Of a stretch of DNA of 64,000 bases, positions 1 through 13,909 are shown piece by piece. Position numbers and translations under genes: made by a program. The notes under the pieces are model-generated. The model saw nothing but the letters and a program-made list of their open reading frames with translations. It did not search any database and was not told the origin of the DNA. The DNA comes from Utricularia gibba (taxonomy: Eukaryota; Plantae; Magnoliophyta), in contig CM007989.1 in NCBI GenBank assembly GCA_002189035.1, forward strand, positions 496,001 through 560,000, written 5' to 3'. Each line of letters starts with the position of its first letter. The stretch's first letter is position 1.

Positions 1-218
1 TTAAAATTTTGAAACAAAATCGACAAGTTCACCATTTTTTGATCGGTAAATTTTTTTTTATATAGTTAATAAAATTTAACTATTTGATGATTTCATGTCA
101 TAAGGTATTTGATTGGATTTTTCTAACCATAAAATCAAACATGACAAACCATTGAGCCGTACGAATGGGCTCGAAATTGAATAAGGGTCATGGAACACTA
201 CATTCCGATCATCATGAA

Positions 219-1532
219 TCAGGTGTCTTCCGGCGGGAATAGAACGGGAACGAGGAGCCTGGTTAGCTGCTGGGTGACGATCCGGTAAACGGGCTCCGTG
301 GGGTGTATGCTGTCGAAGAACATGTACTGGTTAGGGTTCCCACACGGGGCTCAGCTCCGTACAGAGCGGGCCGGCTTCCACCACACCGGAGCCGCAGCAA
401 CCTTTACCTGTTTCCAGGAATCCTGCATCACGAATTTGGGTGTTTTATTTGGGAAAGACAAGGATGAGGGCGATTTGGGAATGATGATAGGCTTGTGGTT
501 GTTACCGTAATGATGTGGGTTGTGGACCATGTCGAGGAGGGTGGTGAAGATGTCAGCGTACACGATTTTACTTCCCGGGAGCTGGGTTTCGATCTGAGGG
601 AGAAGCCTTTGGAGTTTCATGTTGTAAGACTGAGCATCTACGTTTTGCCGGTGGATGCATTGGCGGAGAAGCGGCGACCTCGCTGTCATTTGTATCGGTA
701 GACATCCCAGCGGCGGCAGCCCGGCCACCACGATTTTGCGACCGCCCAGTTGGTACAGCTCCTGTCACTCAAATGTCAGTAGGTTCCGGCCATCCAAAAG
801 GAACTTCCAGGAAGGTTCAGAGCTTATATGACCTCAAGGAAGGTTTGGAGCTTATTTAGCAGCAAGTCTTGGTACTTGTCAATGGTGTACTCTACGCGTC
901 TCCTGGGGATATCGTAGAAGTTGAGAACGAAGTCATTGGTGCCGGCGCTAATGATCAGCGGCGACCGGTTGAGAATTTCGGAGGCCTCGCCCTCCCCAAC
1001 GATCCCTCGAGCCTGCGAATGTATGCTCGGAAGTACTCAAGTTGACCGGAGAAGGGGATACCCAGAGAAATGGTTGTCGTCATCTCATCATACCTTTACA
1101 TAAAAAATAAACAGTTGTACTTAAGGCAGTACTTTCACATTTAAAAAGACAGAAGAGTGCGACGGGTACCCTGATCCGGCGGAAGCAAAGCTGACTCCGG
1201 TGAGAAGATCCTCCTCGGAAAGATAAGGATCAAGGAAGGGGGGAACGGTTTCCTTGAGACGAAACATGGAAGCCAGGAAGTCTGGAATGAGCTTGCCGTC
1301 GGTTAAGCGGCCGGTGGGGATGCTGCCTTGGAAGTTGAGGCCGTACGGGGGATGATTGCCTCTGAAGAGTGTGGTTATGAAGTTGTTGTTACCAGGATCC
1401 ACGGTGGAGTCTCCGAAGACGTAAGATCGCCGGAAACAGCGTCTCGTTCCCCCTTCTAGAATCCACCAGAGGGAACCAGAGGCAAAAGAAGAAGACGAAG
1501 AAGCCGCAGAAGGTGGCGGTAGAAGCAGCCAT
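219..1532 (-). CDS. GDSL esterase/lipase (4 exons; two apparent 1-bp frameshifts)
   Basis: Signal peptide MAASTATFCGFFVFFFCLW, then FPAI-[frameshift ~1422]-VFGDSTVDPGNNNF (block I), GRLTDGKLIPDFLAS, GVSFASAGSGYD, [frameshift ~1003] SAGTNDF (block III), GLPPLGCLP, and C-terminal FFDSIHPTE (DxxH). Canonical GT-AG introns. Approximate exons: 1532-1168, 1094-833, 761-506, 422-219. Confidence 0.93.
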
Positions 1533-2709
1533 GGGCGTTTTGCCTGGTTTCGCGCGTGTGAGCCGAGAATATGCAGAAGAAGAGTTGTAGTGCAACCGTC
1601 GCGGTGGCCGGCATTTAATTCGGAGCATTATGAAGGTGACCCCATAGGCCCCAGTTCACGTCTTCTGCGACCGTGACTGAGAGCACCTTCCACCTTCCAC
1701 CTTCACCCACATCCACTTTCACCTCACTAAACTCCCACTGGCCTAAACCCTAAACCAACCCTGCATCTCCCCATCCGTTTCGACGTCAATTTTATTTTTA
1801 TCGAACTCTGTCGAACAAATGAAAACGAACACCTATGTTTTGTATTCATTTATTTGATTTTATCGAACTAAAAAATTAATAAATTCTTAACCTCATGTCC
1901 ACCCAATGGCAGAGGAGCGATATGCCACATAAATTTTGGAATGTATTTACATAAAACGATACAAAATCTAATGTTGAAAATAATAATATCTTACAGTAAA
2001 AACGTCTATCTTCCATTTTCGAATTTCGTATTAAAATTTTATTAAGAGTACTACCGAGGATGAAGATGAAGCTTAATGATTTGGGAGTTTGGCTTTTTTA
2101 ATCGGTAGCCTTTTAATTAATGATGATTAAGTGCCATTAATACTACTTTGAAGTCACTAAAATAAATGGACTCATCAATGTCTTGGGTCAAAAGCAGGTG
2201 TTTTGGCAATTAAAATGTTATTCTTAAAAAAGTTGTTAATTATGAATTAGATTGGGAGGTTACCGCGTCTAATTGGACCCAAACCCAAATCACTTTTACA
2301 AACCCAACCCAACTCACACAAATCACATCAACTTCAACCCAATTGGTTATAATTCTCTTACCATCACAATCCTTTCTTCTTTTTTTTTGGAAATAAAAAT
2401 GAGTGGATTTATGATAATCTTTTAATATTGAATTAAATGCTTAAAAATAATTTTATTACTAAATTATTAAATTTAGATATAATTTTTATTTTTAGAATCG
2501 AAAAGTACAACAGAATCATCATCGATGGGCGAAATTCATTTTTTTTTATCACAATAAATATGAGGAAATGCTTTTTGTTTTTTTGTTTTTTTTAAACATA
2601 ATTTAAATTTAAAATCGTGTTGATTATAAGCGGCCGAGTGCCGACACAAACAGATAGATTTTTCAAGAGAGTTGATTGAAGTGGAATCCGCTTCTTGAAT
2701 TTCGATCTG

Positions 2710-3084
2710 ATGGGCAACAGCCTGAGATGCTGTTTATCTTGCGTTCTTCCTTTCGGATCCCTGGACATGATCCGAATCCTCCACTTCGACGGCGCCATTG
2801 AGGAACTCCGATCTCCGATCACGGCCGCCGAAGTACTCCGGAACTATCCGAATCACATCCTTACCGCGCCGTCCTCCGATCACCAACGGATCCTCATTCT
2901 CTCGCCGGAATCTCAACTCAAACGCGGCTCCATTTATTTCCTAATCCCTAACCTGAAGAAACTCTCTAACTCCACACGGCCGCCACGGAAGGAACATAAA
3001 CCGCCTTCGCGGCAGCGGAATCGGAGCAGAAGCGGTTCCAGTGTGTGGAAACCGTATCTCGAAAGCGTTTCGGAGGACCTTTAA
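2710..3084 (+). CDS. DUF4228 (PADRE) domain protein, intronless, 124 aa
   Basis: MGNSLRCCLSCVLPFGSLDMIRILHFDG...ITAAEVL...ILSPESQLKRGSIYFLIP and C-terminal WKPYLESVSED match the plant DUF4228 pattern, including the MGN myristoylation-type start. Confidence 0.85.
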   Translation: MGNSLRCCLSCVLPFGSLDMIRILHFDGAIEELRSPITAAEVLRNYPNHILTAPSSDHQRILILSPESQLKRGSIYFLIPNLKKLSNSTRPPRKEHKPPSRQRNRSRSGSSVWKPYLESVSEDL

Positions 3085-3267
3085 GTAAAGTATGTACATC
3101 TTCTATATCCTCTCTTCCTTGTTGTGATTTCAATTTCAGGACTGTTGCAGTTGCTATGAGATATCCTGCTGCTTTCTTTACAAGATGCATATAAGAAATA
3201 CGACAGATCGTCTGGATTACAACCAATCAATAAATAAAAAACTAGAGTATCTAGGCTGGTTTTGGAT

Positions 3268-5090
3268 TTAGCAAAGTAGAAAGTTCATGAAATCGTCATC
3301 TCCGGGCTCAGTTTTAGGCACACTCTGGATATGATCCAGAGTGTAGGTTGCCTGAACTTTTGAATTGTCAGGGAATAACATTAGAGCACCATTTCCCATT
3401 CCCAAGGTTGCGTTGTAGGGATTGTAAGGCAAAGGTCTGGTAACAGAATGGCTTCCGGCGACGCCGCTGCCGCGGGTTGCTGGAACCTCATGGTTGTGCC
3501 TCCCTTCATATGTCGTGATCACCGCACGATGATCGTGCGATGATCGCTCGACATGCTCTCTCACCGGGCATCCATTTGCCGTGCACTTGTAGTAGCTCCT
3601 GAAATCCGTGAGGAAAGATTAGGAATTGTTTCCTGTGATACTCAACACCTAAAGTTATGCAGATGATGAACCTTGGATTGGGATTGCCCTTGACTACTTT
3701 TTGTCCGTACTTTCTCCATCTGAAACCATCATCCAGAACATCTATGTCACTCGTAGTTTGTACAACGACTCTGGGTTCTCTTACAGCCCTACTGCTGCCT
3801 CCACTCACTGAAGAGTTTCGGTCAGTTTCAACTTCATTTTTCCTGGTACATGATATTGATGATCATCACTAAAACTTAGGGGTATGAATTGGGTTGAAGT
3901 GATTTTATTACTCACCATCTCTTAGGATCAGGTTCTTCATCATCCAAGTCATCCTTTCCGGAATGGCTCTGCTCGAAATCGTCGCCTGGTAAGGTTGAAG
4001 TATTATCAGAAGTGATCACTGAGGACCATGAATCCATTTTAGGGATCCTGGTTGAGGAAAAGGCCTTGGTATCTGAGATATCAGCCAGGTGTGAGTAACA
4101 TGAAGAAGTTGATGATCGTCTAGTGGAGTGTGGCTTGGGATGATATGTGTGCCCTTGTAAATAATTTCAGCAATGGGTCCATCTACACAGGTTTCAACTT
4201 TCTTCTTAGTTGGGCAGTTGGGGTATGTGCACTTGTAGTAGCTTCTTGGATTTTCACGGCCCTTCACCTGTTTCTGCCCGTATTTTCTCCAGTTATACCC
4301 ATCATCTAGCTTCCTTTTCGATGCGCCTGAGCTGTTATTGTTGTTGTATTCGCCATGGATGCCATCATGATTGGCTTGGATAGAAGCAATATCAGGTGAA
4401 AAGCCTTGATCTGATGAAGAATTGAAATCCTGTTTTTGATCCGATGATTCTTCTTCTACTCTGTTGTTGTTGGAAGCAGCTTGTGTTTGGTCGTAGCCCC
4501 ATAACTACAGATTCAGAAAAAAAAAAACTGAATCAGGAAAACAGGGAGAACCAAGATCAAAGAAGAGAATCAGTCAACTCACCGTGGTGCTGCCGTAATC
4601 AGTTGCTGTTGGAAGTTGCTGGTTGTTCTGAGCAGGAAAAGTGAAATCTGAGAAGCTATTTGTGTTACTTTCATCCTGCGTATCATCACTCTGCTGCTGT
4701 TTCAGCTCCTCTTGCCTCAGCCAGTCAAAGCTGCTCTTCCCATCAAGAGACCCACAGGGAAGCTCCCTGTCGTTGGAGATGGCAAAACCTGACAAAAACA
4801 CAAGAGTTACTTCAAGAAAAGCCTGGTGATTTTATGTGCGTGAACACTGACGTTAGACCCCGAGAGGAGAATGGGCGAATCGAGAAGCTCGGATGGGCTG
4901 AGCCCCGGAGGAATAGTGAACCAGGAAGAGGAAGAAGAAGGAGATATGGGAAGCGACGGCGGGGAAGAGACCTAAATTTTGGAACTCCGGAGGCGCTCCG
5001 ATTGTCGGACATAGGAGTAGTTGACTCCGATGAGTTGGGATGGGAGATGACGGCGGAGAAGTCCACACCAGCAGCAGCAGCAGCTGCCAT
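3268..5090 (-). CDS. Group I WRKY transcription factor (WRKY33/25/26 clade); two apparent 1-bp frameshifts
   Basis: Two WRKY domains: [26 protein letters not shown] and [21 protein letters not shown]...[10 protein letters not shown]. The N-terminal SP cluster ([17 protein letters not shown]) is recovered after adding one C at ~4962; HNHPKP is recovered after adding one A at ~4144. Confidence 0.93.
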
Positions 5091-5152
5091 GGAAGGAAGA
5101 TGTGGTGAGGGGCGACCATCATCTTTGTGCTTGTTTAAAAGAGGCGCCGCTT

Positions 5153-5557
5153 TTGACCCTGCAGAAATCTCTCAAATCATGTCTAATTATTACATTTAAT
5201 GCAAGTAGCCAAGTTTTCTCTGCGTTGACCACATTACATAATAATAGTTTCAATTTTTTTTAAAAAAATAATTGTTTTTATTATACAAAATATTTTAAAA
5301 TGCATTTAAAAAATATTAAATTCAATTTTTATTGCATTTAAAACATTGACCTATTTCCTACCACATATAAATTAAACAAATATACTTATATTATGTAACT
5401 TAACAAATGAAAAAAAGGTGAAAAGTGACATAGTCGGTGCAGTTTGACCAACTCCGAGTTTTAGTGCGGACTTGTTCTGTCCCCGTTCACACGCTGCTTC
5501 GCCAGGTCGCCATAGGCTGGGCCGGCCACGTCATAGCTCACGGGTCAGTCCGGTCAA
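5153..5557. promoter_or_regulatory. Cluster of five W-boxes (TTGACC/GGTCAA) upstream of the WRKY gene
   Basis: TTGACC at 5153, 5225, 5346 and 5444; GGTCAA at 5552. All lie within ~470 bp upstream of the WRKY ATG (5090). Confidence 0.7.
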
Positions 5558-5701
5558 AGAACCTTAGATACTCCGAAGGCCCAGCCAGGAGCCACCCTGA
5601 AGATGAATGAATAGAAGGAAAACAATGCTGTCTGTGAAGGAGGCATCATCATAAGGTGGGTGAGATTCGGCGTCTCTTTCCAGTTTCCAGCCGATGTGAT
5701 G

Positions 5702-8700
5702 TCATCGGAAGGTGGACTGGCAGAGAGGGCAGTTGGACTTGTGGGAAGTTGAGAACCACTTGTTGAGACAAGAAGAGTGGAATTTGTGCTTGCAAGTTTT
5801 GCAGGCGAGGCGTGGGAGGCTGTGGTTGGCGGTGTGGATGATGCTGTAGCAGATTGGGCATTCCTCTACCCCTTCGAACTCCTTGTCGAAGTTGCTCTTC
5901 CATATTCTTATGGCTTCAGCGATGGCCCCATTCTGCGTCATAACACAAATCAAGATGCCCACCTAAGGTAATGCAATGCAATGGAGAATTACCATCAGTC
6001 ATGCCATGAGGGAAAGTACCTGGTTGCGGACGAATGCCACCAAGGACAGCATCCATTTCCTTTGCTTCACCGAGCTGATGCCAAGGCTCTTGGTGCAGTC
6101 TATTTCGACAGACTTGAGGGGATACGATGGCGGCAGACGGATGACGAGATCCATCCTCGACTCCTCCTTTGTGTATGTGGCCACAATCTCGTTCGCTACT
6201 TTGCTCACGGTGACGGAGAAGACCTCACCTGCAAAATCTGCCTTCCTGATCTGCATTACGAGTAGGGGAAGCCTGAGATACCAGAGGCAACAGAAGAAAC
6301 GAGAATAATAAATTGCATCAGGCGTACCTGAAGCAGCTCATCAGCTATTAACAATGTGCTGCACCATGCTTTTGTGAAGGATTCGATGGCAGAAGCTACT
6401 GAACGATCTCTTATGTTGCTAAACCACCCACGGACGTATGCTGGTAGGCTGCGAAGCATTAAACCAAATACTGCACCGGAAAGTGAGGTCATGCTCTCAG
6501 GAGTGACAGGCCAAAGTGTCTCGAGATAAGAAACAACGGAGCACGTTGTGACGGCATGAGATGCAGCCTTGGCAGCATCTGAAAGTGCAGCAGAAGCTTC
6601 ATGCTTTTTCTTTGAAATACTTCCCATGTATGGGTCCAACGATATGTGTTGGAAAATGCAGTCCAATATGAGTGTGTTGGTGGAATTTTGCACATATTGA
6701 ATAATTCTGTCCCTTGCTGGTGATGATGGGGGCAAAGACGAGACATAGGACAACAGCAAACACCAAGCAACTAAAGTGTTCACCTTCAAATTTAACAAAT
6801 AAGGGAACAAAAGTCAACACAAGCATGCGCACCCATACAATAAAAAAAGCGAGAAAGAAAGAAAGCCACGGAAAGCATTTGAAAGGGAAGGAGGGGTGAC
6901 ACATGACATACCCGTTCATGCGCATCTAAATCCATTGCAAAAACCTCAAGAGATACACTAGTTATATATTGAGAAACCTCGTCTCTTAATCTGACATTTT
7001 CTTCTAATGATGCATCAAGAGAGTCATCATTTATTGATATACCATCGGATCAGTTATCAAAGCTGACTGAAGCATAGGCTCTGTTGACAGAAGAACAAAA
7101 GCTGCAAATTGAAGAGGAGGGAATGGCTTGCGTGAAAACAGTACAGCATAAAGGGAGCTTATGGGTCCTTTACTCATCCCCCAAAGCTGAAAAGATTTTA
7201 TTGCCTTGTCCCTTGCATAAGGACTAGAGTGAATAGCGCATGAAGCAACCAAATCCCATAACATTCGATGGCTGCATCGAAATGATGCAATAATAGCTGA
7301 TCCCTCATCATAACATGCATCCGCTATAGCTTCAGCACCGGCAGTGCAGAAGAACAAACGAAGAATATCTTCAAAGATACGATCCTTGGTAAACTCCCAC
7401 TTCTCTTCCTGTAATGGATTTATAGAATGTTTTTCTTCTTGCAACACAGCATCGGAACAACACAAACAAAATCCGACAAGGGCATTATTAGCAAGCTCCA
7501 GTGGCAAAGAGTCGCAAGTTTCAAGAAGCTTACTCAGAGAAAGTTTTACATCATCAGATCTATTCAAAAAAATATCGTTAATATTTTCCACAATTTCTTC
7601 CATTAGCACGACTGCTGTTCCAATCCAAGATCTTAACTGGTGCAAAGCATATCTCCAATCATCTTCATCGAAAGTGTCTGAGCAGTATGCTACTGAAACA
7701 ACAATTAATTTGGACAAGAGCTTCTGTGCCAGTGGAAGCTTACTTACTACAGCCGATGTACCCTGCTTCTGCTTCTGAAATAATTCATACAGAACAGCTT
7801 TCTCCGCTGGTGAAACATGCCTACCTGGTTTTATATTTTGCACTCCGGCCTCTAGATTTATAGGTAAACACGCTATAATCAATTGAACCCAGTCCTCCAT
7901 ATCTGAGATAAGGCATTTCAAGTCACGCATCACTCATTATAAAAAAATTCCATTCCAATACTTAAGCTGACAGATTTTTTTTAAGCATTTGCCCCTCCTA
8001 AGCATGCATATCACTGATAAGACTTTTTTCAAATTCTGATACATATCTTATCTTATACTAAGTAGAACGACAAATAGATAAAATGAAAGAGTACCTTCAC
8101 CACTGTGCCATAAATTCACAGGAGGAAATGCCGTACATCTCTTGATCCAGTCTATAGTTGTGCAATGCAACTGGTTACAAGGATCAGATATACAATCCCC
8201 TTGACCATCGCATCCAGCCGTTAATGGTACAACAAGGTTACACATAATATATGGAAGAATATGCAAGCAAGATAAGTTTAGATCGCCACCAATATAAAGC
8301 TTGCCTAGTAGTAGTTCAAAGAGTGACGAAGCCTTGTCTTTTGCCCATAACTTATGCTCAAAAAATGAAGAGAGTATGCACAAAACACCCCTCAAACATG
8401 GTCCTTCAACATTATCTAACTCATCAATTGACGGATACCATAATAGATTTAAGCCACTGCCAACTCCATGTGCAAGAGAACCCTCAAGCAAAATATTGAA
8501 AACAGTATCGGAAAAGGAACCACTTTCGCTCTTAATGAACTTGAGAAAATTATCTAAAAAAGAATGCAGTACGCTGCCACCACGCCATTTCCATGTGCAA
8601 ATGATTTCAGCAGCAAGCCAAGGACGAGAATTTGTGGACTGATGGATAGCCAGGTCCACATCAGCATTGCTTATTGAAGGAGATGAAACAATACCAGAAA

Positions 8701-11700
8701 CAACACGATCAAATCCAAGTTCAGATACCAAGCCATCAATCAAAGCTATAAAAGTAGTATTTCGTGATGCCTGCACAACACGAGTCTGTTATTGTGGAAG
8801 AAATGAGAAATAAAACCATCGAAGACACAAAAAAAAAGAGGCTAAGATTTGAATCTAGAAGTTAGGCCTAAGATTTTTGCAGAGAAGATTCAATGAACTT
8901 ACATGTAGATGAAAGGTTTCACATTTCGTTCTGCCACACACATCTGGATCATGCCAAAAGTCATTCTTGCTTAGGAGCTGGTCTAATAGTTGTTGTTCCT
9001 CAAGTTCATCTAAACAGATATTTTGAAAAACATCAACTGCCCAACGGCAGCAGTAAGGTGTTAGCTTCTCCGGCTTAAACTTAGAATCAACAGAGCAAAT
9101 CTGTTTTATGGATGCGATCAATTTTGACCCCAAGCACTTCCTAGTTTCTTTATCTAAGCCCCTCAAAAACTTATGAAATATACTGCTGTGTCGAAAAGCA
9201 TGAACAGCATCGCAAAAGGCTAATCTGGGACCATTTTCCCCCAGTGTATCTTCATCAGGGACGTCCTTTGATTCATTTATCCAGTTACACATCCAGTCAA
9301 TGATAAATATTGCAGCTAAAATATCTTCAACTAATCCGATTTCAGTACCAATAGTTTTCAGGCAAAAAAGACTATCCCTTAGAACATCCAGGAAAAGAAT
9401 AGCAGCATCCATTACACTACTAGAGAAATCTGAATTCCAGTCAGAATTCGTATGGCCAGAAATTAAGCAAGGGAATGCATCCTGAACCCAAGGTACAGTA
9501 GAATGCTTTATGAAACTAAGAATCATTCTGTGGGCTTCTTGAAATATGAAAACTACTGTTTCTGGGAAAGGAATGGAGCTTCATGAAGTTCTGATGATCC
9601 ACCAAGAGCAGCACTGCATACATAAGATTAGGGAAAAAAAAAAAGTTCTTATGATGATACCATGAATAAACATTTGCGGAAAATGGACAAAACAACAGCA
9701 ACATGAATGGAGTGAAAAGTACTACTTAAACTCCTTATTCCTTATTTGTTATCATAGTAAAGAACAAAATTCCTTGTCGCTAGATAAGCCAATGCTTTCC
9801 AAAATCGAATTTGCTACGAACATCAGGAGCAGCAATGCTATAACATTTTAGAAGACAAATGATATTCCTTGAGGAACAAAATATAACAGACCCTTGGCTT
9901 TTTCCAGACTACCTTCACAGGATTTCATACATCATTTTCCTTGTTAATGAAACAATAAAATACAGGAAGACTAGTAAAATACAACATCTTTCATTTTAAC
10001 CTGATGTAGGAAAAGCTGCACAAGACTAGATTATACTTTATGGAGAATTCAGCGGGCATACCATAAGAAACAAGTATCAGCGGCTCTGATATTCGGGAAA
10101 TTTTTCACAATGCTAATGGAAACAAAATCTAAAAGATCGTGTTGCCAACTGTATTTTGCAAAATCAGATGATACTGAACTCCTTTCAGTTCTTTTCCTAG
10201 CCTTTTCAACCAAAATTGCCAAAATAGATGAATCATGTCCATTCTGGGTACCATGATCAAGATAAACTTGTTCTCGATCAATCAAATATGCCAGAATCAT
10301 ATCCCACTGCTGAGTTAAGTACCCGTCATCAAGAAATCCAAGCAACAGATCCAATCTGGCGGATCTGGAGAAATTGAAATCCTTCAAACACCAGGGAATG
10401 ATTGTCTCCTTGAAAGATTCCAGGAACGGCTTGTCATCTGAACCATGTTTTGCAAGCTCTTGAGCAATAGTTGTAGGTCCAAATATCGACACAGAAGCTA
10501 GAATAAGCTCAACGGCGACAGATGAGTCCTGGAGAAGGGACACATACAAAAATGAAAAATTGGGTGAGAACGACATGCATGATTCAAAATGATTGAAGAA
10601 GCAGAAAAAAAAAAAAAGGATACACATGATTCCCTTCGAAGTGTATAAAAAAGAAAAGCAGCTCATTTCATACAAGCATAAGATAATTGTGGAAAGCTTC
10701 AAGGCAATGGTTTGTTGTAAAACAAGAACTACTTTCTATCCATAATTAGGTTCTCATTCCTCTCACGCCAACTGCCAATTTTCCGAAATTGTAACTATTC
10801 AAATTCTACATAATTATATCAAATACAGGTTTTCACATCCTTACATTCCACAATAAAGGCTTTACACAAAACTATAACAGAGATGAAGAGTTGTTATCCT
10901 TCATACAAAAAGAATAACGAGAATAAACTTCTGAAGGTACTTACTCTTGAAACTTCTAGAGGAAATAACATTTGGACCGTGGGAAGCACTAAATAAGGCA
11001 ACGGCCATGCTTCCTCTCCTGCATGCTTGTCAAGCAGTTTAATAAATTTAACAGCCCATTGCCCACATGCATCAGAATTCTCAAAATTCTGAAATGCAAT
11101 TTTGCAGTTCGCTTGAAATCTCGAAGAGAAAATAAAAAGAAGATCATGACTGAGAGAATAGATCCCAGAGAGTATTTTAACTATGCATTCCCCAATAATG
11201 CTCTCATAGGTTGTTTTGTGCTTGCTGTCAACTACTGCTCTAAGTTCCTTATCAATAGTTTGCGCACTGTTAGACACTTGGCTGTTTGCGTCCATATTAC
11301 TTAAACTAGAAACCGCCTGATATTCATGCCATAAAAGTTCCAACAGTATCTCATCAACAAGGAGATGCTGTAAACGGAGAATGCCATCTGCTCCATCACA
11401 GTATCTATGAAAAGAAACTGTAGCGTGAACAAAAAGAATTGGGGAAATTTAAAAAAAAAACACAAGATGTGATACAGAGAAGGAATATATGCATTTAAAC
11501 CTGCATGCGTTTCTCAATACCCAAAGATAGCATTCTTCCACTGCCCGGAGAAAAGCAAGAAGATCTGAGGATGAGGAATAAGACAGTTTTCTCCCTTCCC
11601 AAAGGCTTCGGAAAAAATCTAGAAAAAACTTGTCTCCTGTAATTACCTTTGATGGTATTGTTTCTAAAAATACAACTAGAGCTGGATAAGACACCTTTTG

Positions 11701-13909
11701 AGACCCAAAGCAACCATGCCTCAGAAAGTTCCATAACCTGTTAAATACAGTTTTCTGCACATTGACTGCAAACCAACTTTCAGGAAAACTTTTGCTAAAA
11801 AATAACACAGTGTCCCACATGAATGGGTGACAAGCAGGATTCTGCTCTTGGAAAGAACCTAATATTGCCCCAGCAAGCAACTCTGTATCACCTTCATGAA
11901 CCGTGCAAGGAATATTCTTAATGCAACTTTTTAACAATGAATATGCAGCAGAACGCGTATCTGCATTATGTGACTTCAAATAGTCCAAAAAGTATTTGTG
12001 ACTTGAGAGTAACTTCTCTGCAACCGGAAGAGCCACAGTCCTAGCTCTCACAGATATCTTTGATTCTGTGCTTACATTCCCCGAGTCAAAAAGTTCCATC
12101 TGTGAGGCCAGTACATCAAGAAGTGCTGCAAGTGCCAGTAATGATGAAGAAATGGCCTGACATCAAGAAATGACTTTCAACAGAAATATCCTAAGAGCCA
12201 CCGACATTTAAACATAAATGCACAAAGTGACGTTCCCTGGATGGTTCCATGTTAAACTAACGACTCAATGATATAAGAAGAGAGAAAAATGGTTCGCAAA
12301 TGCAGCACCAAGAATTTCAAGTCGATCAGCTTGTCCAAAAGAGAGCAGAAACTTTCCAACATTGCACATTACCATCTCTCTACCAGAAGTCCATGACAAT
12401 TGCAGAGACTTTTATGTCTCATTTTTCACAGAAAGAATGGCAACAGTAAGTCATATTCACTGAAATAAAAAATGCTATCAGTTATCACTACCTTCTGGTG
12501 CACTTCTTCCAATTCGTCAGCTGCAGCAGCTTTATCTGACAAGCTCTGTGGGTTTAGATTCAGATTTTCTTCAATATAGGAAAAAATTTCAGCGGAGTAC
12601 ATAATCAGCGCATCCATTCTTCTGTCTTGAACCGGAAAAGCAGCCTGGGAATTAACATAGTCATCATTAGTCCTACAGAAGAAACCAAAAAAAGGAATAC
12701 TAAGCCATCTTTTGAAACAAGAAAGAGAACACAAAACTGATAAGGCTTTTATACGCCTTTTTAAACCTGAAAGGACCGTATTGCTGCTTGAGAAACTTCA
12801 GGTGCTGAATCAAACTGAGAAAACCACCACGGCCCCATAAGTAGCTTTAGATGTGGAGCCAACCCTCTTCTGCAAAATGAAGGAATTTAGAGAAACTGTG
12901 CCTGCGTCGCTAGTATTGACTGAAGTCAAAGCTACAAGAAGAAAAAACAATGAACAAGTTTCTCAGAAGGGCTCTACACCAGAAGGACGCAACCATCCAG
13001 GCAAACCAACAAGATCTGACCATGAGATAAAATGGTATACTGATACAAGACTAATCCGACTCAAAGTGAAATAACTAACTAGACACTAACCCCACAGTAC
13101 CAACAAGATTAGTCATGGTCTCATGCGCTGCTCGTCGAACTTCTCTGTTGTAGTCGATAATTAGTTTCTTGTACTCAAATCCCTATGTTATTTGGGACAA
13201 GTTAAAAAAACGTAATATTGCCATATACAGACGAAGAACATTCATTTCTGTGTTGATGTTCAAAAATGAAGATGTGCATTTGATGGGTAAGCATACCCAC
13301 AGAGGAATTACGGTAACAATCCCTGCTGACGCTTTCTCGTTAAATAGCTGAGAGAGCACTTGCAAAGCTTTGAGCTGAAAACAAAATAATGGAACGACAC
13401 TTTTTTATGACTTTAATGAAAATGTCAAAAAAATTATCGTGACTGCATCTTCCCCTACACATAGCACTAAAAGTCACCTTCGTAATTGGATCTTTGCGGG
13501 AAAGACGCTTTAGGTGCTGCGCTATTTCAGCATCAACATCCTGATAAAACCGCCGGCACAAAACCAATACAGAATCATAAAACCAAATTTGTCCAAACAT
13601 TGAAATTGAAGATAAAAAACGGAGCAAAAAAAAAAAAAACTGACCAACAAAGCCGAAGCATCTGTTGTAGACGGCAAAGAAGATTCAACTCGCGAACTCC
13701 CTACATAGCCTCCAAAGCCAACCGCCGCAGCTCCCGACGCCAATAGCGAAGCGGACATACTGAAAAGAGTTGTACACCGAACTGGATATTGCGAAGCCCT
13801 AAGCAGCAAGAATCCAAAAAAAGCAGGCAGAAATATCAAAGAAGGTCTAAAACCTGCTGCTGGAGGGGCGCGACTTGGTTCTCGCGGCATCTCCTTTGTC
13901 TCTCCCCAT
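5702..13909 (-). CDS. LTN1: E3 ubiquitin ligase listerin (ribosome quality control), multi-exon
   Basis: N-terminus [42 protein letters not shown] (ATG 13909); [21 protein letters not shown]; long HEAT-like exons; RWD-like region ([31 protein letters not shown]); C-terminal [18 protein letters not shown]...[29 protein letters not shown]. Confidence 0.95.

Noticed and set aside
7344-8642. Antisense ORFs within LTN1 exons
   Set aside because: Ser-rich antisense translations typical of real coding exons on the other strand.
10610-10625. GTATCCTTT on the - strand as a U12-type 5' splice site in LTN1
   Set aside because: It lies inside a normal GT-AG intron (donor ~10940, acceptor ~10530), not at an exon boundary.
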